A stretch of 63,599 nucleotides of DNA, counting the filler, from Sphacelaria rigidula (Eukaryota): the NCBI GenBank assembly GCA_964200075.2. It is 8 parts of 8 records of this genome, joined end to end, with 100 filler letters (N's around TTAATTAATTAA, not from the genome) between each part and the next. Parts side by side here need not be neighbours in the genome. Positions count along the whole stretch, not along the records: positions 47,777 to 55,638 come from CAXNAA020013189.1; positions 55,739 to 63,599 come from CAXNAA020013190.1; 6 more parts are not named here. One strand, given 5' to 3'. Positions 52,201 to 62,477 of the stretch are shown here, piece after piece; positions within the stretch are counted from its first letter, which is position 1, and every line of letters begins with the position of its first letter. Position numbers and translations under genes: made by a program. Under the pieces are notes generated by a model, which did no database searches, was not told the DNA's origin, and saw only the letters and a list, made by a program, of their open reading frames with translations.

Positions 52201-53675
52201 AGGAACCCACCGCCCAGCTGGTTTCCGACCAGGTTTAGCGTCCCCAGGTTGCTGAACTGACCAAGGGAGTCCGGAATTGCGCCTGCTCGGTGTCAAAACC
52301 AAGAGTGGATTGCAGTCCCAACAGTTTCCCACCTCCACTACAATGCGTCCCGTCAACCCGGAGCCTACCCGGAGACGAGACACAGTTCCACGAGATAAGA
52401 CACAGTTCCACGAGACAACAGCCGACCACAACTTGACACTATCGCGTGAACCTCCAATACCGGTCCTGCTACCGTACACGTTCATTTGTCCCCAAGGAAC
52501 TCACCGCTCAGCTGGTTTTGCAAGAGGTTTAGCGTCCCCAGGTTGCTGAGCTGACCAAGGGAGTCCGGAATGGCGCCTGCATGGGTGTCCAAAACACGCG
52601 TGGATTGCAGTCCCATCAGTTTCCCATATCCACTACATATGCGTCCCGTCAACTCGGAGCCTACCCGGAGATAAGACACAGTTCCACGACACAACAGCCA
52701 ACCACAACTTGACACTATCGCGTGAACCTCCAATACCGGCCCTGCTACCGTACACGTTCATTTGTCCCAAGGAACTCACCGCTCAGCTGGTTAACGGAGA
52801 GGCGTAGCGCTTTCAGGTTGCTGAGCTGACCAAGGGAGTCCGGAATTGCGCCTGCATGGGTGTCCAAAACACGCGTGGATTGCAGTCCCATCAGTTTCTC
52901 ACCTCCACTAGAAATGCGTCCCGTCAACCCGCAACCTACTCGGAGACGAGATTCAGTTCCACGACACAAGAGCCGACCACAACTTGACGCTATCGCGTGA
53001 ACCTCCAATACTGCTCCTGCTACCATACACGTCCCTTTGTCCCCAGGAACTCACCGCTCAGCTGGTTTCCGAAGAGGTCTAGCGTCCCCAGGTTGCTAAG
53101 CTGACCGAGGGAGTCCGGAATTGCGCCTGCATGGTGTCCAAAACACGCATGGATTGCAGTCCCATCAGTGTCTCACATCCACTATAAATGCGTCCCGCCA
53201 ACCCGGAGCCTACCCGGAGACGAGACACAGTTCCACGAGACAACAGCCGACGACGACTTGACACTATCGCGTGAACCTCCAATACTACCCCTGCTACCAT
53301 ACACGTTCATTTGTCCCCAGGAACTCACCGCTTAGCTGGTTTTCGAAGAGGTCTAGCGTCCGCAGGTTGCTGAGCTGACCGAGAGAGTCCGGAATTGCGC
53401 CTGCATGGTGTCCAAAACACGCGTGGATTGCAGTCCCATCAGTTTCTCACCTCCACTATAAATGCGTCCCGTCAACCCGGAGCCTACACGGAGACGAAAC
53501 ACAGTTCCACGGGGCAACAGCCGACGACGACTTGACACTATTGCGTGAATGTCCGATACTGCCCCTGCTACCATACACGTTCATTTGTCCCCAACGAACT
53601 CACCGCCCAGCTGGTTTTCGGAGAGGTTTAGCGTCCGCAGGTTGCTGAGCTGACCGAGGGAGTCCGGAATTCCGC
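49260..53675 (-). CDS. LRR domain encoded by 16 single-repeat 72-nt exons (ROCO-type LRR exon array; consensus GAIPDSLGQLSNLGTLDLSRNQLS)
   Basis: Exons: 53604-53675, 53329-53400, 53055-53126, 52780-52851, 52505-52576, 52211-52282, 51877-51948, 51583-51654, 51309-51380, 50936-51007, 50667-50738, 50354-50425, 50080-50151, 49807-49878, 49533-49604, 49260-49331. All are YAG|...|GT (mostly GTGAGT), phase 1/1 and stop-free. A CTGAT branch-like motif lies ~40 nt before most acceptors. Confidence 0.93.
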
Positions 53676-53812
53676 CTGCATGGTGTCCAAAACACGCGTG
53701 GATTGCAGTCCCATCAGTTTCTCACATCCACTACAATGCGCCTCGTCAACCCGGAGCCTACCCGGAGACGAGACACAGTTCCACGACACAACAGCCGACG
53801 ACGACTTGACAC

Positions 53813-54161
53813 TGTTTGTAGGATGGCCTGCGGTGTTCAGTAGGATACACCTAGTCAGGGTAAGGTACAACAGTCTAGTGACATACGTGTTTGAGTTCCG
53901 GCTACTACGCGGAATGACTATATTGTGATGTTAGTAACTGGACATACGTGAGTAGTGCTTATCGCATCTTGGTACGTTGGCCCCGTAGGGCCCACTCCCC
54001 TTCCTTCCCTCTTCATCAACAAAGCTTTATATACATTTCTACCTCATCTTGATCGGCAGTCAGCCGTGTTCATTGATCGACTATCGCTGTCGTGTGCATT
54101 GATCGACTATCTGAGTCGAGTCTGTACCCCATCCTCTCACGGGGTCACGAAGCTACAAACA
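53813..54161. mobile_element. Solo-LTR-like insertion in an LRR-array intron
   Basis: GACAC|TGTTTGTAG...CTACAAACA|GACAC: TG..CA ends, 9-bp inverted termini and a 5-bp flanking duplication. Confidence 0.75.
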
Positions 54162-54214
54162 GACACTAGAGCCCAAACCCTAACCAACTTGGGAGCTCCG
54201 TGGCCAAGGGACCG

Positions 54215-54700
54215 ATGGCGGACCGGAGCACTGCGGAAAGACACTCGGCCATCGTAGGAGACTCATCGTCTCCAACAGAGATGCTGGAGGTGAAAGAGAA
54301 TGTCGCCAGCTTGCAAGGATCGGTGACGGATATCACCGAGCAGCTGGTGGAGCTGAAGACGATGATGGTGTCCCAGTTAGTGCGCGGGACATCGTCCACT
54401 GGCCCCGGAGCGGCAGCGGACGAGGAGGGGGAGGCAGGCGACGGAAGGCACACCGTCGCCGGTGCCGGAACAGGGAGGGTCCGGTCACCACTCGGTGTAG
54501 GGATTGTATCAGGCCCTCTCCGAGGATCCACGGGCGATGGATCCGCCCATGTAAGTATGAACGAGGAGTCCCCGGCTTACTACCCTCATCTAGGCGTGAA
54601 GAGTTGTTTTCGTGTTGATGAAAGATTCGATGAGAAGTTTGACAGTAAGGAGAAAAATTGGCCGTTGTTCCGTGATGATGATCTCCCCGACACAAGTTAG
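54215..54700 (+). mobile_element. Possible gag-like 5' ORF of a degenerate retroelement
   Basis: Coiled-coil-like start (EMLEVKENVASLQGSVTDITEQLVELK) preceded by a PBS-like TGGGAGCTCC. No diagnostic motif was seen. Confidence 0.3.
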
Positions 54701-57094
54701 TGCCGCACTTTTCATAAGCACCTCACGTGAAAGACGGGAAATATTTCCGTATGACACAGGAAACTGGCCAGGACCCCCGTGAAGTGGCAAGGGAAGTCGA
54801 AAAAGGAATTTACGAATTTACAAGGGACCTCGGGGGATATGGGGGATTCGAAACGTGATGGGCGTGAAAAATGGTTCTGTAAAGGAGAGGTGATGTTGGA
54901 TTTGCCGAAAGCAAACGACACACTTCGCGCGTGACTGTCCGGAACGACATTGTATGAGATACGGAAAAAAGAGACACTCTTTTGAGGATTATAATACAGG
55001 AGAAGAAGATACAGCGATGGCAGTAGGGTCACCGGGTAGTACCGATTCTTCAGTATGTTCGGAAGCGGACGCAGAAGCCTTTTGAAAAATGATGGCATGA
55101 GACCTATGCATGACTCAAATACCCCTTTGTTTTTATGTTTTGAGTGTTCGTGTCCATCACGCAGATAGCGATTTATGTACCCAAGGAGGGGTTGTTGCCC
55201 AGGTGGATCGAGATATTGGATATCTCTGGACAATGCTGAGTTCATATTTTTGATATGGACACCGAAACTCAGTGTTGATGTTTGACGAATTTGTGGCTCG
55301 ATGAGTGCATACCTACTTTGCGCGTTTGTTTGACTCGATTGATGAATAGAAAACCGTCTGCCGTTTTTGTAAGTATGAGGAGAGCGGGGCACCGCGACTT
55401 GACTTGACTGTGGAACGGTGTCGGTAAAATTGCACAGAGTGAAGTGCGTGAAGAGTGTTGAGAACATGTTTTGACATGGTTGCCGAAACTCACCGCTTAT
55501 GGGTAACATTATTGCCACCCCGATGAGCGCAGGACTGTGGGGCACCACACCCTTACTCGATCGGTTGAGGTGGAACCTTGTTCGTCGCCTTGGTGAGTAC
55601 AGGCACGTGGGGCACTGCTGTCTGACTAGACTAGAGGGNNNNNNNNNNNNNNNNNNNNNNNNNNNNNNNNNNNNNNNNNNNNTTAATTAATTAANNNNNN
55701 NNNNNNNNNNNNNNNNNNNNNNNNNNNNNNNNNNNNNNGGCCGAAGAAATCGTGAAATTGGTGATTTTGAGTCGTGATGATTTTGTCCTATGAACGTGAA
55801 AACATTGGTGCAACGAAAAGCAACCCCCAAAAAGAAATCGGGCTCGACGTCTAACCCCATACTACTTCCTACATAATACGCGTACGACGCTAGTCCTTTG
55901 GGTGAGAGACTACTCGTAAAAAATGAGATGTTGAGCCCGGTATAGGCCCGACACAGTATCTCCTACTATTTGTAGCGAGCGCTACAGTGTGAACCATGGG
56001 CATCTCGCGTCAGCCCCAACTTGAGCGGTTTTCGTCAACCAACCCGTTTCCTCACGAAACGGTGACATGGATCCAGGTTATCTCCCGTGCTCTCGCACAT
56101 ATCCCTTACTTATTTCGTGATAGAACGTCTGGTTGTCAGAAAGGGAACTCAGGCCATCGACAGATACTCAAGCGACCATATTCTAGGGTCGTGCATCAAT
56201 ACAAGCACACAAGGTAATATATACCGGCGATCGGCGGAGGTCGTATTGCCTTTCCCTTGTCCAAGAAATAAAATTCGACCGACCATCCAAGTATCCATTC
56301 AATCCCAACCAATCAATGAATTGATTATAATATATGACAAAAATATCGAAGTACATCGCAAAAATGCCTCATCAACATTTGACCCAAACTGTATAACGCC
56401 CCCCCGCTCCCCCCCCCCAAAAAAATATTGGTCAACTCATCGTGCCGAATTTTTAGATGTACAATACAACAGGTATCGACAGATAGTATCAAATGCATCT
56501 GCAGGGGATGATACACAACCTTTACTGTACAGCTGGTGCATTGTGCTGTGCTGTACTCTGCTGCGTTGTGTTTGTCTCTCGACTTCGTTCAGTTCACCAT
56601 GACCGTTCCACATGCTTCTCATGTCGTTCTTTCCTCGAGCCTTCTTGAGCGAGTGTTTCTGTCCTGTGTACCTTACTGAGTGCGTCCATTTTGTGGATAA
56701 TGACCACAGCTGGATTACTCGGTGACCAGATAATGACCACGACTGTATCACTCTATTTTTGTGGATAATGACCACGGCTGGATTACTCGGTGATCGGATA
56801 ATGTGCTACAATCAAAGCAAGTCATAACAAGAAATTAAACCTAGGGTCCACCCCTTCGTAACCTTTTATGCCCCAGATCTCCACCTTGACTGATGTCGCC
56901 CATGGTAAGAGGGTTTGGGTCTATCCAAGGACACTTGTAGCAATTTACCCCTTGTACAATGACGCGCATTCCCTCACAACGAGTCTCCTCCGGGCGCTAC
57001 ACACGCACCAATCTCCCTGTCGAAACTCTGGATGCTCTCTTGACAATTTTTCCGGCCGTTACATCCATTTTGCAGCAGGGGCTTCCAATATTTT

Positions 57095-57511
57095 CATGGG
57101 TATACACGTTACACGTGACGTTTTTACGCGACGCGTTCGAAAAAACGTAACTTTGGGCCAATTGACGCTACGTATGGTTTAATTTTTTGGACGGGACAAG
57201 TGTAAAGTAACGTGATGTAACGTGTGGTCGTTCGCATGAACCCCACCATAGCGTTTTACTTTTCAAATGTGACGAAAACTCTGCGTTTTTTCGTGAATAT
57301 GTAACGTATCACATGTCACGTAATATATATATATATATATATATACGTCTGGGAAATCCCGAGAAGCACTGCTTCAAGGTCCACACGTTACATCACGTTA
57401 CGTTACATTTGTCCCGTCCAAAACATCCAACCTTACGTAGCGTTATTTGACCCAAAGTTACGTTTTTCCGGTTTTTTCAAATGTGTAACGTGTGTAACGT
57501 GTATATCCCTG
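57095..57511. mobile_element. hAT-like MITE with 8-bp TSD
   Basis: AATATTTT|CATGGGTATACACG...CGTGTATATCCCTG|AATATTTT, with long inverted arms. Confidence 0.9.
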
Positions 57512-57574
57512 AATATTTTTTGTTCAATCGAGGGAAGCGACGCAGACAGAAATCATGCCTTGCATTGCACCAAC

Positions 57575-60500
57575 CTCGAACTGGCAGCGGCTGCTGACGA
57601 CATCAATCATGCCGGGGTCCTTGTGGGCGCTGCAGAACGAAGCACGCTGGCCGACCATTGCGTACAGCGGTCGCCTGGCGCACTCCGGGTGCTGGCAACG
57701 CCGACTGACCACGTCAACCATGCCTGGTGCCTTGTGACCGCTGAAATTTGAGGAGGTAGCGAGGGCAGGAGGAGGAAGGTAGGGGGGATACGTGCATCAG
57801 GAAGGGAAGATGACATGCATGCAAGCTTGAGTCTCAGTTCCAATTATCATGGCGTTAGCTTGATACCCAATCACGCGCGTCCGCCAAGGGATCGACTTAT
57901 ATATATATATACATATTGAGGCGTCTTTTACGATCGCTCCCGCGTGTGCAGTTGCAGTACTGGGTGATGTTCTCATTTAGGAAATGTTATTGTTCTTGTT
58001 GTTGTTGTCTTCACATCAAAAACCGCTCCGACATCTGCGCAGTACCCTATACTGGGCATCTGATGCCGACGACTTCCGTGACCATCTACCCAAAATAAGG
58101 TATGACGAAATGTAAATCGAGAGTTAACTCGGGAAGGAACAACCCCCGCTGAATATCTACCATAGGCAAAAGTCAAGTCGGCGAGTCAAGGGGACTCGTA
58201 TCTCTAGGCTTGTCAAACAGAGGCCATGACCCAGAGACATCATGAGAACATACAAGTGTGTACCGTGCATCACCCCACCGAGAGAAGTCTATCCCAATTT
58301 TCCGGCCCGATTAGCTTGGAGTTTTCGAGAACGCCCTCTGGGGTACGGCTGGAAAAAAAAGAAAACGCGGCGTCTGCAGATATTTTCGCCCAAGACATGT
58401 GATGGCGATTCTCCCTGACTGGGAGCCAAAAGCAGGGTCGAAATGAACCAAAAAGTGGAAAATACGCCCCTACAAAAATATCCAACCTGAAAGACAAGGT
58501 CTCAGCACAAGAGAAAACAAAGTTTGAATTGCAGTATTGGAGAACAACATTCCACTAGACACATTCTTAGGATAAAGTTTCAATTTCGGTGACCTCGAGC
58601 TGATCAACTTGAAACTCAGTCTGCACGAGAACACAGGGACATGACACACATTCTGAAACAAAAGGTAAGTGAACATGGCAGAACCTCACCAGCAGAAGGA
58701 TGCCCGGCGATCCCCTGGGTATCCGAAGTTGGGGTGACGCAGGCACTGCGGAGCTCGGCAGCGGCGGCTTGACACGTTGACCATGTTGGGGAGGCGATGT
58801 TCGGAGCAAAAAGATGCCCGCTGATCACCCTGCGAACGCGGTCGTCATTTATCACCACATGTTACGGGCCACGAGTTAGCGCGGACTACGATTAGAGAAT
58901 ACCCCCACCGACGCACTACTGTACTGCGCTGCGTTTACCCTGCGGCACAATTGTCGGCACAGTTGTCGCGGTATTCATATACATGGGGGGGAGGGGGGGG
59001 ACATTCTTCTGAACAAGTGAGAGTACAAAATATATCGAATATCCAAATGAGCCGTCCAATGAACCGAGGTTCGCCAACAGAGTGGTGACACAGTAGGGGT
59101 GCACAAGAAACTTCGTAAGCCTCTTCATTTTAGGAGACGTTCAATGAGCAACATCCGAGCCCAACTGTGCAACCTCAGACAGCATTTGGCCAAAAACAAA
59201 TACACATTACCGTAGCAGACCAACTTGGCCGGCCACCACGTGTACCTCGATCCCGAAGCTAGGCTGTCGAAAGCAGGACTCGTGCTGGCAGAGAGGGTGC
59301 CTGACGTTAACCATCTCTTCCAACCTGACGACAAACGACAAGAGACGCGGTGGGAAACCATAATTTTTACAAACTTGTTATCAGCACACTGAAAGTTCAA
59401 AAACGGGCTAGGAACAACCCATCAGTTCCAGACCGAAAACACAGGGATGGCGCAAAGGAGCACCACGAAACTGTATCAGCAGGACGGCGAAATCGTACTT
59501 GGTCAGGCCGACATATATGGGCGGATACTGTTCACGTTTCAAACGGAGACCCATGATCCATGACAGTCGAACTTGCGCTAGCTTCGCCCCATTCGCGGCC
59601 AATATCTCCGCCCTTTGCTCCCGCGTGGGATCTTTCAAGGACACACCATGCCCGAGCACGTTCTCAACAGCTGCTCCCGCCACGTCTCCCTCTGCCCCCC
59701 TCTCCAAAACGCAACGATAGGCACAAACAAGGTCCCCGCTCCCAGGCGAATGACGGCCGTTACTTGTGTAATAGAAAAAAATGCAATGTCGTTTCTCTTA
59801 CGCTGTGGTATTACCTGTGCAACGGGCAACGGATGGCCTTGCGTGCTCCCTTGAAAGCGTACAGGGGTCGCCGTCGGCAGCCCATCTCTCTGCATCCTTT
59901 CACAACCCGCTCATCGGTGTTGTTGCCGCCCTCTTTGTTGCCGCTTTCCGTTCTGCCCAGAGCAAACGCATCCGTTCGTCCGTCCGTTCGTCCGTCCGTC
60001 CGACAAATTAATCAGCCACAAATATACGCGTTCGGTTTCGAAAATCGCGAGGCGGTAAAGAGGTACGCGACAGATAGACGTCAGGGCATATATTTTCTGG
60101 GGATGGGTGGCTGGACAGGTGAATACCCTGTTTTAACCTCTTCGGGGCCATACGGGAACTTGATGTTATTCATTATTTTTTACTCGTAATAGAGAATATT
60201 CCCACCGCGTGTCTTTTGGCGCTATGCATCATCACCCGGCCGAGAGGAGTCCAACCTACTATTTCCAACGCGCTCCGCTCCGACGCTCCGAGAATGTCGA
60301 TAACACCGTTAATATCTCCGCACACAAATACACACAACACAACCAAGAAAACGGGACCTTGCCCCGCTCCCCACCTTTCCGGACCCTGTGAACCGGATCC
60401 AACCGTTTTTGAACCCAGGATCGCAGCAGAGCTGATGCGCCTGTTGAGCGCTCGCGAAGAAGCGGCTTTGGTCGTACCGCCGTTGCCGAACGTCGCCGCT

Positions 60501-61735
60501 GCTGCCACCTCGAGCTCCCTCGCGCCGTTTTTTTTCACCTCTGCCCACGAGGTAACATCCACCCCGCCGCCGCCGCCGCCGCCGCCACCACCATCACCGC
60601 CCCCACCCCCGCCGTTGCCTCCGTCGCATAGAGCGGGCAACCCGCCACCACTTCCGGATCCGCTGGCAGCGCCGGCACTGCAGCTGGCTAGTTGCAGCGT
60701 GTCCAGCGTCACATCGGCGGAGGGCCGTCGTCGTCGTTCTTGTTCACCGACCGTCTGTACCACCGTGGTGACGATGCACGAGGGGAAGTCAGAGGAAGAA
60801 ACAGACGAGGAAGGTATCACGTCCTCTACTCCCTTTCCGTGCTGTCGCTGTTGCTGCTCTTGTTGTTGCGTACCGTAGAGAAGTGCGGGGGAGCCAATCA
60901 CGGCAGGCGACGACGGTCCTGTTTGCTGCTGCCCACCGATCAGGGGACGATATTTCAAGCCGCCCCCGTCCAGCATGCCTCCGGGCAAGTCGCCCCCTGC
61001 GTTGAAGGCGAAGCGGTCTTCAGAAAAATTATCGTCGGCAAAGCTAACGCCCGCCAGCAAGCCGCCCATTATAAGACCTTCTGTCAAGCCGTTGCCACCG
61101 CCGCCACCGCCATTGTCGGTGTCCACGTGACGAACTGGACGCGACCAGGCGGGGCCACCGGAATCATCTGCTGCGTGCGTCAGATCGTGATGGTCGTTCG
61201 TTGTGACCTGGTGCGCGAGGTGGGTCGCTTGTGCCGCCGGCGACGACAACGCAAACGACGGTCGCCGCCGTCGTTGTTGATGCGGTTGCCGCTGTTGTTG
61301 GCGCGTGGAGCCGCCCGCTCCGTGCCAAGCGACGCCGGTCGACGTCAGTCCCACCGCCCCCGGCAGCGCTACAGGAACTTGAGGCACTGAGGAGTTCATC
61401 TGGATACCCATTGCCGGCGTCGCGCTGCTCGTCCGCCTTATTGCTGCTCCCGGCGTTGCGGGAGAAGATACCATCAAGTTTATCGACATAGCGGCGGGTG
61501 TGTTCTCGTCGGGCGGTAGGCCGTTGCAGCTGTTGAGCCCCAGACCACTGCTCCACTCCTTATCCCAACTCACGGCGGGTGCTTCGTTTTCGTTGTTTGC
61601 GACGGCGGGGGCAACGGCGGTCGAGACGAGGCTGTCGGTCATCGTGGAGTTTTTCGTCGTCGGTACGGGCAATCGAATGCGAAACCTTTTCGCCGTTGCC
61701 GGGGCGGGGACGGAGCTGTCGATTTTGTTTCGCAT
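57575..61735 (-). CDS. EsV-1-7 repeat-domain protein (partial, 5 exons)
   Basis: Exons 61735-60375 (low complexity, start uncertain), 59952-59815, 59324-59246, 58829-58690 and 57740-57575 have GT-AG boundaries and compatible phases (2,2,0,2). The spliced product is CREMGCRRRPLYAFKGARKAIRCPLHRLEEMVNVRHPLCQHESCFRQPSFGIEGDQRASFCSEHRLPNMVNVSSRRCRAPQCLRHPNFGYPGDRRASFCCGHKAPGMVDVVSRRCQHPECARRPLYAMVGQRASFCSAHKDPGMIDVVSSRCQFE. Confidence 0.9.
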
Positions 61736-62075
61736 GATGGTTTCGATCTCCCGCGCTCGCTTGGTGGCAGTTGCGGTAGTAGTCGGAGTCGTCGACGAAG
61801 GGAAAAGGCGAACCGCACGCTGACCGCTGCGCGAGTGTGTACCACAGAGCAAGAACAAAATTAGGTCGAAGCGGGATCGGAAGAGGAGCGCGTTTCAGTT
61901 CACCCGCTGCAGTTGCTACCGTGTCCTCTTGCGGTCTTTCCCACACATTATTGTACAAGGAACACCAATAGGTCAACACCGTGTAATCCTGACACGACAG
62001 ACAAGACACGTCACGTAACGGTGCGACACAGCGACATAGATATTTACAAAGAACTGGCCAAGCCGATTGCATGAA

Positions 62076-62477
62076 CATGCTAAGTGTTTCGAGTACTATT
62101 GAGCTCATAGTTCCGTGCTCTGGGGGTGGGGTTGGGATAGCAGGCAACACGCGGTACTACCGTCTACAGTACTTGAGAACGGCCCGCAGGCTAGCTATAG
62201 ATGAAGGCCAGTTGGATATGGGTGATGCAGGGAGTTCGCGCGTCGAAATGGCTTCAGCTTCCCGCCCCGAGAAAATGAATTACTTGTTTTGAGCTCCGGT
62301 ACCTGGTGCGTGTGAATGGCAACGAAGAAAACATGCGCCACAACAAGATCGGCATGAATGCGTTGCTCGTGTGGCTTTTGCGAGCTCCCCCCGTAGTACC
62401 GCGTGTTGCCTGCTATCCCAACCCCACCCCCAGAGCACGGAACTATGAGCTCAATAGTACTCGAAACACTTAGCATG
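62076..62477. repeat. Perfect 85-bp inverted repeat with a 232-bp spacer
   Basis: 62076-62160 is the exact reverse complement of 62393-62477. Confidence 0.95.

Larger units (their letters stand above)
48970..53812 (-). repeat. Tandem array of ~274-bp intron+exon cassettes (17 units)
   Basis: Each unit is a 72-nt exon plus a 197-203-nt intron, extended in five introns by multiples of 20 bp. Confidence 0.97.

Noticed and set aside
42018-53675. A single LRR-ankyrin gene
   Set aside because: The two parts are separated by an artificial linker at 47677-47776, so adjacency is unproven.
49000-53812. CRISPR array or non-coding satellite
   Set aside because: Units are ~274 bp with no unique spacers, and the variable part sits inside spliceable LRR exons in a eukaryotic context.
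49038-53928. Many short ORFs called across the array (e.g. MSKTRVDCSPIS..., MGLQSTRVLDT...)
   Set aside because: These are translations of repeated intron sequence or the antisense strand; the supported coding units are the 72-nt exons.
7864-55738. Periodic TTAATTAATTAA motif as a biological signal
   Set aside because: It always sits inside 100-nt N-blocks at regular spacing and is an artificial joiner.
59408-59707. Additional exon of the EsV-1-7 gene (ORF MERGAEGD...)
   Set aside because: The flanking exons splice directly and complete one repeat (CPLHR|LEEMVNV), and no convincing splice sites were found.
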